A DNA stretch of 63,968 nucleotides, filler included, from Licmophora abbreviata (lineage: Eukaryota), in NCBI GenBank assembly GCA_900291995.1. It is 12 parts of 12 records of this genome, joined end to end, with 100 filler letters (N's around TTAATTAATTAA, not from the genome) between each part and the next. Parts side by side here need not be neighbours in the genome. Positions count along the whole stretch, not along the records: positions 45,181 to 49,930 come from OLMU01002085.1; positions 50,031 to 55,844 come from OLMU01002086.1; positions 55,945 to 57,351 come from OLMU01002087.1; positions 57,452 to 62,854 come from OLMU01002088.1; 8 more parts are not named here. One strand, given 5' to 3'. Position numbers and translations under genes: made by a program. The notes beneath the pieces were generated by a model. The model ran no database searches, was not told the DNA's origin, and was given only the letters and a program-made list of their open reading frames with translations. Below, in pieces: positions 47,013-60,801 of the stretch. Positions within the stretch are counted from its first letter, which is position 1. Every line of letters starts with the position of its first letter.

Positions 47013-50000
47013 TTAGAAAGAAGTGGCCCGAGTTCGAGCGCGACGAGCGTCCGGTTTTTCCATCACACCTCCATGGGTGCGACTCGACGCACCCTTGTTG
47101 AGGTACTCTACCTTGACTGCACTTCCAGAGAGTGAAATAACGTTGTAGACTTGCGATTTGTAGACTCGCCCGCCACTCTCGGCTGGTACCGCACGATAGG
47201 CCAACATAGCGTTGCCACCCAAGGATGCCACGTGCGCTCGTGCAATTGCATTGCATTCTGTGACAAAACGATGAAACTCGGAGGCCTCGCCACCACGCGA
47301 CTCGCGAATGAAGTGCATCGAGATACTTCCCAGGTACTCGGTGACGACCCCTCCGGTGACGTGATGCAGTGGTGTAATTTCGACTGGAACTTCAGTCACC
47401 TTCATCCATGAGTTTGAGTTGATTGGCTTCCCAGTAAGCGATGAGACTGGAGCTCCAATGCTTGTGGTCCGAGTCAGACTTGCGGGCGTCAGCGGCGGGA
47501 TGGGAGTATTCAGCGTAAGTTCATCGCTCCTCATTGAGGCAAGCGCCTTGGCCTGCTCAAGGCTTTGATTTCTCCTCGGCAGCGATTTTGGGGAATACTT
47601 GAACCCAGCTCCGGGCGACATCCGTAGAGTTGAAGGCGACACTGGCGAAGAACTGAGCGACCCAGCCTGGTCTGCAGTTTCGTTTTCGTCCCCTTCTTGA
47701 ATCGGCTGGGACGTTTTGCTCTCCACACCAAAGTGCAGACCCTTCATGTCATCGCTGAGAGTGTCCACAATGACTGTGGATATGTTGACAGGCTGGTCCA
47801 TTTTAAACAGATTGGACACACCTTCTTCGATCTCTGCGAGCAATCGGCGTTGTTCAGAGTCCTCGCGTCGACGAATCTCATATTCTTCTGCGATGGAGCT
47901 GTCAGATTCGTCTTTATTGGCGCCATCTCCCATCCGCGACCACCTGTTGAAATCCTGTTCTAAGATAACATGACCGAAGGCGATCAATTCGATCTGATCG
48001 TCGGGTGTCAAGTTGCACTGTGTCCGAAGTCCGTTCAAGACGGCAGGTGCCATGGGCTTCAAGAGCACACAAAGCTTGGCATATAGCTCTTGGAATAAGG
48101 CCGAGAAGATCTGGTTGCTCCGAGTTCCTCGAGATGCAGGATTCCATCTGAAACGCAGCATGCTCATTATCATGGGTCCACTGCAGGCCTCCATTTCTTT
48201 CCCTCCGTCACCGAGACCGAAATCGGGGATGTGCCGACATGTCGAAAGACGGATTCCTTCAGGTAGTTGAGAATCTAGGAGAACGCTCATGATGTCTTCG
48301 TCAGTTTCGTCGTCGATTCTACGTGTGGTGATAGGATCCGCGTTTAGTATGCGGTCGAGACGGCAAGCCACGTCAGAACACTTCCAGGTACCTGGTACTT
48401 ACTCTAAAACAAACGGGGCCTTGTCATCGCGATACATTCGTCGACGGCTTCGGTGACGAAGACCTTGTCCATCATCAGGAAGCAAGAGCTCTGCATCCAC
48501 GGTCCCTGCTAATTCGTCCAACTCTTCAATATCCGGGCGGCTGCTTCGACTCTCAAAGTCTGTCGATCCGTACATCTCGTTAAACTCAAGCTCAACACCG
48601 GCTGACATTGCGTCCGCACCACTGTCTCGTTCCAGTGCCCCGAAGGATGAATCGGGGCTGATTTGACCGTGTCGTCGATCGTCTGTACGTGTCGCTTCGG
48701 ATTCTTTCTCACTTTCAGTCTCGGAAGAAGAGCTACTGGATGACGTGCTAGCACTCGACGAAGTGCTCTCGTCGGAGCCAGTCGGACTTGACGAAGAACT
48801 GCCCTCCTTTTCGTCGTCGTCGAGCTCCAATGATAGGTTTGAGCTTGTCTCTCGAGCATTTAAGGGCGAATCGTCAGCGCGACGAGTGGCAGGCGTGGTC
48901 TTGGAAAATGCAACATTGAGGTCGCCCTCACTCTTCTGTGCCCTTGGTCGGAACCTCCGTGACTCTTTTCTCCGCCTCGATTCCCTTTTGCGCCTTTTCT
49001 CAGTTTCTTTGATCTTTTTTACAAGTCGCAATCTAGACTTTTCCGCGTGTCTCTGAGCTGCTGCGGCCAGGCGCTGCCGGTTCTTTGCAGATATAGTTTC
49101 GATCTTTTGTTGGAGCTTTACCAATTGATGATCTTCCTCATCCTGAACCTCGATTGTTCGAGAAATTTCGAGGATTCGAGGAGGAGGCATTGCCGTGCAG
49201 TAGACGGCAGTAGCTGTCGCAGTCGAGACGATAAGCTGTCGACCCACATCCACTTCACTCTTCAATGCAAAGGCTGCATTTCTACCGAGTACTTTGAGTT
49301 TAAGCATCAGTTGCCGAGCGAGCTCGTACTCCAGAAACGGGAGAGCCTCACTGACAGCCAAAGCGTCGCTCTCGCCTACAGCTTTCGGGCGCGATCGACA
49401 CACGCGAGCTTGAATGAACATTCCAGAACCACGAATCGGTAACCGATCCGGTGGCTCGATCGTCGCAAGAATCACTTCTGGTACCCATTTCTTGCCGCAG
49501 AGAAGACAAGGTACCAGCTTCATGTTGGTAAACGGCGCCAACTTATGATGGTACGGAACGTGACAGTAGGAGCATGGTTTTGCCCTGCGGGCACGAATGA
49601 GCCGCGTCGACTTCTGTCTGCCCCGGCGTGATCTGACGAAGCTGTTATTTGCTGGCACCAAAGGGAGTTGGTCGTTTTCTGAATCTTCGAATTTGACTTT
49701 CAGCGGCTTATTGCGCCGACGAAAGCTTCTGGAATTGGATCGTTCGCCATGTTCACCCTCGTTGGCATCGTGGTGGCTGTCTAGTTGTAACCTATTCCAG
49801 GTGCGATGTTCCTGTGTCACGTCCGGCAAGCCCCTCACCGTAGCAGCAGTACCGGTGATGGACAGAATACAGACATCGTCATGGATAGTAGAAGCTTCCA
49901 AGTACCCCACCACATGAGAGCAACATAGAANNNNNNNNNNNNNNNNNNNNNNNNNNNNNNNNNNNNNNNNNNNNTTAATTAATTAANNNNNNNNNNNNNN

Positions 50001-51573
50001 NNNNNNNNNNNNNNNNNNNNNNNNNNNNNNCCCAAATACTTGACGCATCGAGCGGTGACTAGACCGCCGATACGCACGCGAACACTCGAATCGAACTCCC
50101 GAACTGTGAGAAGGCTCACTTCGTCCTGCCTGTTCTCGCGATGCCGGGCCGCGGCAGCCCCAGCATCGCTCATGAAGAGAGCCGATCGACTGGAAAGAGA
50201 AGACGGCACGCCCGAGTCTTGTCCGCTACGATGTATCTCGGCCCCCTTCGGAGGAGAGCGATCCCCTGAAGAGTAATCTGCAGGCGCACGGACATTCTCT
50301 TGTTCACTGTCTGTTGCGAGCATAGAATTGATGAGGCTATCCTGTCGGAACGAGGCCGCGGGCTTTTGTACCTCAAGAAGCACGCAGGTTCCATATGTTC
50401 GCGCCACGATACCGGAGTCGCCTTCCACGTCAAAGCTCTGATGATAGGCCAGTACTGCATTCCCGCCCATCTATCTCATGAAAAGACACAAGCATGAGTT
50501 GAAAAAAGAAACCAGTCTTACGCAACAATACAGACGCCGATAATCTTACCTCGAGAACTTTCTTACACATTCGGCGTCGCACAGAAGCATCCAAGAGATA
50601 CAGAAGCGTCTGTCGAGACTCATGCGACGTCCTTGCCTGGCGAAAATTTTCATTCCACTGATACTCTGGATCATCTGCAACGACGAGTTCTTCCACAAAT
50701 CCAAAGATGTGTGCCACGACGTAGCCCGCAGCCGGATCAAGCTTCGAAAAAGGAAACAACTGCACACCCGCGGAGGAGTCACGAAAGGGATTCACGTCGC
50801 CAATGAACTTTAGTTTGATGGATACACACAATTCTCCCCGGACACCGCCCAGTGTATCGTAGATTGGAAACCAGCCATCGATGATTCCACCCGATGAAAG
50901 TCCTCCCTTGACAGCGCTCCGTCCCCCAAACTCCAAACTGCTACTTCCAAAAGTATAACTCCGTGAGCCATCTTCTTCCATCCCCTCCATATCATCCCGT
51001 GCCGACTGCGTCAACAATGGATTCAAATCAATGTAAACAAGTCCAAGCGACTCATCCACTCCCAACAATTCGGAGTCGCATACTTTGAAGATCAATGGCT
51101 CATCTTGCAGTAAGGTATCGTCCGCAACCTCGAATCGAAACTCTTCGTCCCAGACGGGGTTCATACTCCGACGACATACTTTCGTACGAGCCGTATAGCA
51201 CTTTTGATTTTCCCCGGAAGAAGTTGTGTTGTTATTGTTGTTGTTGCTTCCGATACTCGACTGGAATCGCAGGGCCGTCGAGGACGACGAGGATGGCTCT
51301 TCCTCGTACTCGGCGACTAACCCTGCATGTCCCCCAAGAGACACCGTAACGTATGGGTCGGTACAGGGCACACTCGATGTCAGGATATTCGAAGCGGCAG
51401 CAGAGTTGGACGACGATGCAAGAGTGTTGGGGAGATTACGTGCAGCGGCGACTCGAACCTGTGGTAGCAGAGAAGAGATCATCATGTCGAGAATTACGTG
51501 AGTGAAATTTGGATCGAAAGATCCAGTCATTGGAATTATTCATCTCTCAATTTACCTTGACTGTGGACGGCAT
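47013..51573 (-). CDS. C2CD5: C2 domain-containing protein 5-like with YbjQ-like repeats (exons 51573-51556, 51458-50550, 50470-gap-48403, 48318-47013)
   Basis: Spliced start MPSTVK|VRVAAARNLP, C2 domain, LQDEPL, GFVEELVVADDPEYQW, MGGNAVLAY, ALPFLEYELARQL and HVASLGGNA. An internal part is lost in the gap at 49931-50030. Confidence 0.85.
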
Positions 51574-51960
51574 GTCAGCCCAGAGTTAGTCTCGTCCTAT
51601 CTATGAGTGTCTATAAATGAGGAGTTTTCACTCTTTGCGGTACAAGGCGAGTAGCAGTGACAGGCAGCTGCCGTTCGTATCGCCATGGTCGACTTTGTGT
51701 GATCTGATGTGATTGCATGTCGCGCGATTTGAACGCGCGTGCTGGAAAGATCGGCAAACTTAACGGACGAGGGCAGACACACCACGCGATGACAAAGGCT
51801 CAACTTCAGAAATTCTGTCATGGGATCTGAAGCGAAGTACCATGTTAGATCACATCCTCTGTGGAATGTGTGTCTATACATTGAACATTGCACCAACATA
51901 CTAACAAAACAGAAATATTGAACAGATAATGCCTTTGATGCAGATATACCAGGCCAGACT

Positions 51961-54468
51961 ATGAACGACAGCAACCAAGAAGAGGAGCCACCGCTTCCTC
52001 CCATTCGCAAAGGGGGCATTCCGCTTTCAGTCTTTCGCGTGATCCGCTGCTTGCTCGCTCTTTGTCCCTTCGACGCCTACGTCATGTTCCCTTTAATTTT
52101 CATCATGATCATTGCAATCTTGGGCGTCGTTGTGAACTTTCTAAAGGGCGATGGACCCAGAACGGCAACCTTTGTCATAATTACGATCCTGGGCGCCGGA
52201 TGCATGCTCGTTTGGCTGCGGTGGGCACGTCGGAACCCGCAGGTTCCGCAACACGATGATGTCTTGCGAATATCTATCCGCGATGGTCTGGACAGCTGGC
52301 CGCGGGCGCCTGTGGCGCCGGTGCGGGGGGAGCTGGTGGCCAAGGGTGGATCTTGGTTTCGAGACGAACAAGGGCGAAGGGTCTTGTTGCGTGGAATCAA
52401 TCTACAAGCTTCTACAAAATTACCCTACTTTCCAGAGAGCCAGAGATCAACACACCTCGGAAGCGAAGATTTTCTAGAATACAAAGGCGTCAGCTTTGTG
52501 GGTCGTCCATTTCCGCTGGAGGAAACTGACTTTCATCTCGGCAGACTACGAGCCATGGGACTCACGTTTTTACGTCTTCTCATTACTTGGGAAGCCATCG
52601 AGCATGATGGTCCTCGAGAGTATGATCAGGAGTACCTTGACTACTTGAAACAAGTCGTTCAGAAGTGCAGTCAACATGGTATGAGTGTATTCGTAGATTT
52701 CCATCAAGACGTTTGGAGTCGATGGACCGGTGGCGACGGGGCGCCCGCATGGACGCTGGAGAAGGTGGGGTTCGCTCTGGAGCACTTGGATGCCAGTGCG
52801 GCAGCCATAACGCAACAAAAGTGCGGCGATTCGGAATTCCCCAAGATGGTCTGGAACTCGAACAACTCACGCCTGGCGGCAGGAACAATGTGGACTCTCT
52901 TTTTTGCTGGCGACGACTTTGCGCCCAAGACACTGGTTGAAGGTGTTCCTGTACAGCAATACTTGCAGTCTCACTTCCTTTCTGCGATGGAAATGGTCGC
53001 ACAAACTCTGAAAGATGAACCCTGTGTTGTTGGCTTTGATATTTTAAATGAGCCGTCGGTCGGCTTTGTTGGAGTCCAGGACGTACGCGATATTTCTCCG
53101 GTACGTGTCCTATTGTTGTGCGCAATCGATCGTCTTCAAGAAAAGCACACAGCACACTCGCATGCTCACGCTTTGTCTTTTTTCTCGTAATTTGGATGAG
53201 GCCAGAACAATTACTTTGTGGGGTGGCGGGTCGATGCGTGGTCTGCCATGAGAATGGGCGCCGGAGAAACTTGTAGTGTCGATTACTTTTCTAGCTTCAT
53301 GTTCCTCGACGGAGTTCGCGAGCTCAACACGGAGAATGCGTGTGCCTGGCGAGACGGTCCAAGCTCCTGCGTGTGGCTTAAGAATGGTGTATGGAAGCTC
53401 AACGAGCAGACAGGCAAACCACAGTTGCTCAAGCCATTCTGGTTCTCAACCAATCCGCGCACAGGAGCTCCGATCGACTTCCTGGATGACTATGGAATCC
53501 CATTCTGGCTCAAGGCAACGAAAGCGATTCGCACCCACATCCCCGATGCGATAATATTCGTTGAACCGATTCTAGATATGACGAATCCCAGCAAAACAGA
53601 AAAGCCAGTTTTATCCGACGAGAATGTGGGGGCAGGTTTCGTTTGGGCTAGCCACTACTACGATGGGATGACGCTCATGACAAAGTCGTTTAGCAGATAC
53701 ATGGGTATGGATTCAGTCACACAACAGCCGTCGATTGGTATGAACGCCATCCAGAGCTCTTATGGAAAGGGTATTTCGATTTCAAAGCAGGAGGCTTCAC
53801 AAATAGGCACCGGTGGTTGTCCCGTTTTGATTGGCGAATGTGGAATTCCATTCGACATGGGCGCACGGGAGCGGCATCCCTTCTTTTTTAGCTGTGTCAA
53901 ACCGAAAAGTGCCTTTGAAACAGGCGATTTTACCACTTGTACAAACGCGCTCAACCGGACCATGGGGGCTCTGGAAGTGGCGCAGGTATCGTATACCATA
54001 TGGTGCTATCAACCGAACAACACAAACGACCGTGGTGACGGTTGGAATGGCGAGGACCTTTCACTGTTCTCTGTTGATCAGGTGGTGCCTGGAGACGAGG
54101 ACAATCTGTTCGCTGGTGGCAGATCACTGCAAGCGGCGATTCGACCTTATCCTCATCGGGTCGCAGGGAACGTGGTTCGTTTCTCGTTTTCGTTATACCG
54201 CAGAGATCGACGGTTTGATCTCGTTTTCAATGCCGACCATGCGCTTGCTACGAGAGAGACGGAGATTTTCCTTCCCAAATATCAGTATCCGCATGGAGTG
54301 TCTGTTAGTGTGAAGAAAGGCGGTGGGTCCTACTCTGTCGACTGGGACTCGCAGACGCTTATTTATACTCACACGGCATTCAGCACCACAAATCATATTG
54401 TGGTCACAAAGGTTGCAGCTTCCCGGGACACTGGCCCGAATGATATCAAGGTACCACTAGTCGATTAG
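51961..54468 (+). CDS. Glycoside hydrolase family 5, endoglycoceramidase-related/steryl-glucosidase-like, with N-terminal TM helices (exons 51961-53100, 53206-54468)
   Basis: GRRVLLRGINL, WEAIEHDGP, DFHQDVWSRWTGGDGAP, acid/base LNEP, nucleophile IGECGIP and GDGWNGEDLS. Confidence 0.9.
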
Positions 54469-54636
54469 TATTAGCTGTATTCGCCCGCTCATCCTCGAGA
54501 ACAGGACACAGGACGCCATAAATTCCTCCAACCCTTCAACATTTACTCTACTCTTGGGTCAAAAAGACTGTAACTGATTCATTATGCACTTCATCGCTCG
54601 TGTTTTTCTGTGTGATCACGGGGAAAAGGTTCGTCT

Positions 54637-55844
54637 TCACGCTGTCTGCTTGCGTGGTCTGCGATTCAATCGCACACTAAGAATTTCGACGGCATTTTCC
54701 AAGTCATCGTTGCCTTGATTGTTCATAGCCGCTTGGATCCTCTCAAGAGTTCCAAATCCCTGTACGACCTTGCCAAAGGACGGTTCTGTCAAAGCACGGA
54801 CATCGACATTGTCAACCATGTTGATGGCAAACGCCGGTCCAGCCCTCGGATTGCCTGCGAGACTAAACGTGTATTGGACAGGAGGCATCTTTTGAGATTG
54901 TTCCGCGAATGCCAGTGGCGATTCCGCATCGAGACCAAACTTGCGGTAGCGATCCAACAATTTGGTGCCCTGGTGTGTGGACGCGGCGAGATGAGGAGCT
55001 CCGCCTTGCAGCTGACGATCGTCGGCCATGGTAAATCTTGTTCCATCGTAGAGCTGCAAGTCGACCAAGGTGAGGAAGGTCACAATAGTGTGGGGCAAGT
55101 CAGCCACGGGCGACAACTGAACTTCGAAAGCGGCCTGAGTACGTTTGTCGCCCGACGATGATGGCAACAGGACGTGAAACTCGACAAAGTACGGACCCTT
55201 CCCGAATCTAATGTGCGCGAGAATAGCAAGGATTGAACGGCTTTGTTAGTCCACAAAACACGAGAAAGTGCACCGGTCACCTGTACGCACGTCGATTACG
55301 TACTCCATTTGACACGTCTTGAGGTTGCGTTCGACTACGTGGGATTGTAGCCTACGGGCGTCTTCTGCCAGCGCTGGCAAGCGGTAGGTGCACTCTTTCA
55401 CTTGGCTACGGTGAAGTTCCAGCTGACTCTCCATGGTTGTCATGACCTCATGAAGCGTCATCCCGTCCTTTTCCTTCTCTGATATCTGACTCTGCATGAC
55501 ATTGATCGTGTCTTGCATCACTGTGAGTTGCTTCAAGCTCTCCTCTTGCTGAATCATGAGTGCCTCGCGTCGTTCTCGAAGCGCATCCTGTGCCGCCAGA
55601 CGACCCTGCATCGTGAAGAGTTCTTCCTTCGCATGCGTGTCCGCCAGACAAAGCTGCTTATCCTCCCACGCCCTCTCATACTTGCCCTTCCAGTGTTCCT
55701 CCGATGCAGACTGAACTTCCTGTAGAACTTCACTGCACCGACCCATGTAGAGAAAGTAAAACATGCCGAATCCTCCGAGCGTGCCAACGCCCAGCAAGAT
55801 GAGATACAGCAAGATTACATTTATCACCGAAACGGAAGGACTAG
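54637..55844 (-). CDS. Membrane-anchored coiled-coil protein with a divergent cyclophilin-like C-terminal domain; 5' end in gap (intron 55303-55208)
   Basis: TM and coiled coil, then EFGKGPYFVEF...LPHTIVTFL...LYDGTRF...GPAFAIN...FGKVVQGFGTLERI. Confidence 0.65.
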
Positions 55845-56250
55845 NNNNNNNNNNNNNNNNNNNNNNNNNNNNNNNNNNNNNNNNNNNNTTAATTAATTAA
55901 NNNNNNNNNNNNNNNNNNNNNNNNNNNNNNNNNNNNNNNNNNNNAATCACTGATGGTTCCTCCTCTTTGTCGGCCGCAGAATCGCCGGTCAATGCCATGG
56001 TCAAGATGGATTATGTGTGTCGCTATAGAATGACTGCGCTCTTATTCTGTTGGGCCTGTTTGGAATGACTTTTGACTTTTGAGGCTCGCGAGAAATTGAA
56101 AATGAACAGCAACGCTTGCCAGTCTGTACGCGAGCCGCCATGTGGGTCAGGGCATCTGAACCAAACGCGAATGTGGCTTTTTTCATCAGTGTGGTCAGGT
56201 GGATGTGTATGATACAGCATGATGTTGTTGTCTACCACTCACGTTCCGCA

Positions 56251-58802
56251 ATGAAGCAAAGTATCGTCGATTCCAGTGTGCTACATCAGCTCAGGACCGC
56301 TTGTTCAGTAGCCACATTCGAAAGTATCGATTTCGCGCACTTTCGTAGTCACCTATCGCGAACGCTCCGAATGGCCGTCCGAGCAGCAAGCTATTTGAAA
56401 CCGGGGTACTCTGATGGTGTTGTCCAGTACCGAGAGTCGGATCTTCGGTTGCTATTTGGTGGTGCAAGTAGCCGAACAGGAGGAATCCCGTGGCCAGAGC
56501 TGACTGTCAACCACGATAGTAGGGCACACGCTACGACACGATCTACTCATGCTCGGACCCTGGTTGCTACTCCCCTCCAAGCTGTACTGGCGGAACTGCA
56601 AAATCCTCACCTTGTCCCTGTTGCATGTCGAGGACCACTCGTCATGATTCTTATTCAAGTCTCTGTCGATTCTACTAAAGCAGAAAACACAAAGACGCCG
56701 CCGTGGAGAGCTGTTCTGATGGAGACGATTCACGGATTCCTGTCATTTGGCTATCCATCGGTGGAGTCTGCAGTGTCGGAGTGTCTCGAGAAGTTTGTTC
56801 AATCTTGGCAGCACATCGATGGTGCTCATATGCTGCAGTCCTACAGTGTAGACCGCACGAATCGACTAGTGGCTGTACTTCAGGACCTGACCGAGCACTG
56901 CGGTGGAGGTGAGCTCCGAACGAGCATACAGCGTTGTTTGCTGACGCTCCTCCAGAATCTTGACGATATCGATATTCAGCTCCTTGAGTCTGACGACAAA
57001 AAGAGCGAAATCACGCCATCACACCGTGGACGATGCAAACACTGCGAACGAAATGAGTCGCCACGCAAGCGACGAAAAGTCGCGACGTTGCAGCAGCTAC
57101 ACGACGAGACAGATGGGCTGGATGATCAAGACAACGGCGGCGTCAGAGACACCCCTACTTCACCCTCGGTTGGTCTGTTCAATGACACTTCTGATCCTGT
57201 TCGTTACCAATTACCCGTTTGTGGGTACTGTGGAGTGCACTCAGCCTTGTCGCGCGTGGTGGTCTCTCACGCTTCGGAAATCACGCGGCTTTCGCCCGCT
57301 CTTGTCTATTTGAGGTCGCGGTTGTACCAGAAATTGCTTTCGTCGTTTTCTNNNNNNNNNNNNNNNNNNNNNNNNNNNNNNNNNNNNNNNNNNNNTTAAT
57401 TAATTAANNNNNNNNNNNNNNNNNNNNNNNNNNNNNNNNNNNNNNNNNNNNGGTTGTACCAGAAATTGCTTTCGTCGTTTTCTACGCTACCAGGAGCGTC
57501 ATCGCATGCTTCTTTACAATATCCTTTTGTTTCTTCGCGACAAGACTCGGTCATGATTCGATCTGCCGTGAAGTTGGCATGCCAGCATCCGACATCTCCA
57601 TCGATCCGATTGAGCGTAGTTCTGTTGGTCGACTCGCTGGCCTCACGAGGATACCATTTGATGATTCGTACCTTGTGGGATATTTTCAAACGCCAATCTA
57701 CTGTTCCGGAGGAGCGAGCGTTACGAGTTTATGCCGAGCTTGTGGTGGAATGTTCTCAATTCGACGATTCGACTCGTTGTTGGGAGGCACTGCGGCCATT
57801 GACAGCAGAACTGATTGGACCATGCACAGATGCAAAGACGACAGGTGATATTCGGACGCGACTCGTACTTCGTTGTTTTGCTGTGATTCTGTGTAGGAGG
57901 AAGCGGACCATGTTATCATCTGCACCATCATCAAATGCAGTGGTCCAACGAGAGTTTCGCGAAGTCGTTGCCAGGCTGGCTCTCTCCTTTGGTGAGGAGC
58001 ACTGGTGGGTCTACAAGGCCATGAACGTCAAAGAGAGGGACGAAATAGTGTATGCATTGCAAGCCGTCGGGATTATAGGGTTCATTGAGGAGACATATCG
58101 GGCCTTTTCAGTGACGACGGTTTGTCGGAGAATGATGACCGGTGCTTCACTTTGTGGCCATTCCCTGAGACTCGCGGTATCCGAATTGCCGCCCGTCGCG
58201 CTGGCCCTAACGTGGGACGAGCCGGAATTTTCTCCGCTCTGCATCAAACTCAGATTGTTCACGAAATGGAATCAGGTGGTCGATCTGTAATGGGTAACCT
58301 GGACCATGAACTCGGCGGCACGCCGATCATGGAGTACCTCAACGACGATGTACTGCGAGTTATCTTTTCATTTTTCAGCCACAAGCGACTGGTTTGTGCG
58401 ACTGGCGTGTGCAAGCAATGGAACGTACTTGCAAACGAGGACAACGTGTGGCGACAAGCATATGAGTCGCGGTACCGCATCCTTCAAGAGGATTCGATGA
58501 TAGCAAAGTCAGTGTCGACGCGAACGTGCTCTTTACTTGGATCGTGGAAGCAGCTTTTCGTGAACAAATATGAAGCTGAACGAGCATTGCGGTTCCGACG
58601 GAATGCATCAGGATGGAAACACATAACCTGCAATCGGCTTGGTTGCTTGATGGTGCTACGGAGTCGATCCCAATTGAAGCGACACTCTGTCGTCCACAAG
58701 AAAAGGAAAGGAAGAAAGGCAACCAGTTTATCTTGCAAGAAACAGAAGCAAAAGCACAGATGTACAGACACCAGCAGTGCAACGGCAAGCTACGGTAGCT
58801 AG
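56251..58802 (+). CDS. Large protein with C-terminal F-box and C2H2 zinc finger (spans an overlap gap; 1-nt frameshift at ~58090)
   Basis: ORFs join through a 32-bp contig overlap. F-box YLNDDVLRVIFSFF...VCKQWNVLANEDNVWR and finger CNRLGC...LKRHSVVH. The F-box part could be a separate gene. Confidence 0.65.
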
Positions 58803-58902
58803 TACGCGGACACTCTATTGTACCCCATAAGATCGAAACTGCTTATAGACGTTTCGTCATACTACTTCGTCTCTCGTTCTCTCACTTTCAACGGCACCAC
58901 AC

Positions 58903-60801
58903 CTAGAACTTGGCAATTGCGGTTAGCAAGTCACGACTTTCCTTGGCATAGTCGACAGGCTGCATGGCAACGACGCTCGTCTTGACACGCGCTTCTTCTC
59001 CCACCATTTCGTTCTTGACCTTGCACTTGAAGGTCCAGTCCATGTTCGTGGCGCGAATAAAGTAGGAGTCGTACTTGTCTTGATCCGAGTTTTCATCGCT
59101 CATGGTGTGTTGATAGACATCATCGGCAACGGCCCCATCAAAGAGTAGCTCGGCTTGTTCATTGAAGAAAGACACCCACGTCGTGGACGTGTCGTCGTAG
59201 ACCGTACCGGAAAAGATCCAACGACGGACACAAGTCTGATAGGTGCCCTGACACTTGTCGCAATACCAATTGCCATCGGTCGTCTGCGTCGCCTTGTAAC
59301 GATTCTTACACGGCTCTCCGCTGTTGGCGCACGCCGTGTACCATGCTCCACCATCCTTGTCCTTCTTGAGGAAACCAATGGTACCCTTGAAGGAAATGTA
59401 GTCAGGCTTGTCGGGATTCGTGTGGCCCATTTGTTCGCGCTTAATGTCGCCAATGAACTTGCGATTCTCCAAATCCGGAATGGATCCTGCTCCTCCACCT
59501 CCACCGCCCGTGGACAGACTGCGCGTACCTTGCCCGCCCGAGGTCGTCCACCACTTTTGCAAAACCTGCGTTTCGGGAATGTTGGGCTGGACCACCACGG
59601 CGCCATTGGCAGTGGCACTGAGAGACCTGCCTCCGTAGTCGCTCACGCGGGCACGACGAAAGGCCACGATTGGAGTGTTGGCAAAGTCCGCGGGGGCCTT
59701 TTGGGCGCGGTCGCCCCAGACGGTCAAGTTGATTTCCACGCCGCTGTCGTCCAGCAACGTCAAATCGCACTTGGTGAGTTCCTTGCCGGTCTTTTTGGAC
59801 ACGAGCGACGCCGGCTCGCCGACCTGCTTGACAACTCCTAGAATATCGACCGTCTGTCCAGCATCGACCGTTTCGACGGAAGCAATCTTGACAAAGTCGT
59901 AGAGCTGTTGCGGCACTGACGTTGAGTCATTGTCGAGATGAATGACGGCGTTTTGGTCAAAGGTAATTTCAAAGTTGGACTTGCACGTATTGTACTGCAT
60001 ATTGGCCACCTTGAGACGTCCTCCGCTCCACTGATAGACCTTTTCCACTTCGAGCATGTTGTAAAACCTGTCCACAGCTTCCTTGAAGAAGGTGGCACGG
60101 ATATCCATGCCCGAGGCGTCCAAGAGTTCGACACTAAACAAGGAGCCCTCGCCCTTGGCATTGCTCCAAGTGCGAATGTCCGACTTGGAAGTGAGACGCG
60201 CGCGAATCGTCCAACGATTCTGGTACATGTTGAGGGAGGCAATGGGAGTAATGGGTGTACCAGATCCCGAAGGGGCCGAGCGGACAATGGGCGCCGACGA
60301 CGGGTTGGATGGCGCCGCTGCATTGCCTCCGTACGCATTCCCGGCATTGTCTGGCTTGGAATCATGGGAGGGTTCCACCACGTTGGTACGGTTGTACATG
60401 GGCTTTGCAGCAGCGGCGGTCTGCGGCGGAGTGACGGTATTTCCAGCCTTTTCCACGTCGACCGGCTGTCCGATGCGCGATCCAAAGTCCGGATTGGAGA
60501 CCGTGACACGAAGGAGAATAATGACGGTCCTTTGTTGAACTTGATTGTTCATAAAGTCTTCGACTTGCACAATGGTGTTTTCCTTGAGCTGCCCCGCATT
60601 TACTAGATTATTGAGCTGCGAGGCGAGCATACCCTGAACAAAGTGCTGTCCGTCGGAGATGATGGCACGGTAGCGTTCGCCGTTGGCGCTGTTTCCGACG
60701 GCTTTGACGCTAATGAGCTGCACAACGGGCTGGAAGGCAGGATTGGACGTGTGGCCTTGATTCTTGGCCATCAGAGAGACAGCACCATGTGTAAGAGTCA
60801 T
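58903..60801 (-). CDS. RPA1: Replication protein A 70-kDa subunit
   Basis: RYRAIISDG, PIASLNMYQNRWTIRARLTSKSDIRTWSNAKGEG, VSDYGGRSLS and the C4 zinc motif YTAC...CKN...CDKC. Confidence 0.96.
   Translation of the reverse strand: MTLTHGAVSLMAKNQGHTSNPAFQPVVQLISVKAVGNSANGERYRAIISDGQHFVQGMLASQLNNLVNAGQLKENTIVQVEDFMNNQVQQRTVIILLRVTVSNPDFGSRIGQPVDVEKAGNTVTPPQTAAAAKPMYNRTNVVEPSHDSKPDNAGNAYGGNAAAPSNPSSAPIVRSAPSGSGTPITPIASLNMYQNRWTIRARLTSKSDIRTWSNAKGEGSLFSVELLDASGMDIRATFFKEAVDRFYNMLEVEKVYQWSGGRLKVANMQYNTCKSNFEITFDQNAVIHLDNDSTSVPQQLYDFVKIASVETVDAGQTVDILGVVKQVGEPASLVSKKTGKELTKCDLTLLDDSGVEINLTVWGDRAQKAPADFANTPIVAFRRARVSDYGGRSLSATANGAVVVQPNIPETQVLQKWWTTSGGQGTRSLSTGGGGGGAGSIPDLENRKFIGDIKREQMGHTNPDKPDYISFKGTIGFLKKDKDGGAWYTACANSGEPCKNRYKATQTTDGNWYCDKCQGTYQTCVRRWIFSGTVYDDTSTTWVSFFNEQAELLFDGAVADDVYQHTMSDENSDQDKYDSYFIRATNMDWTFKCKVKNEMVGEEARVKTSVVAMQPVDYAKESRDLLTAIAKF

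Noticed and set aside
59100..60606. Long antisense or alternate-frame ORFs over RPA1 (and similar ones over REI1, MAM33, IAH1 and the lectin gene)
   Set aside because: Shadow ORFs expected from codon bias at about 50-55% GC, with no recognisable motifs.
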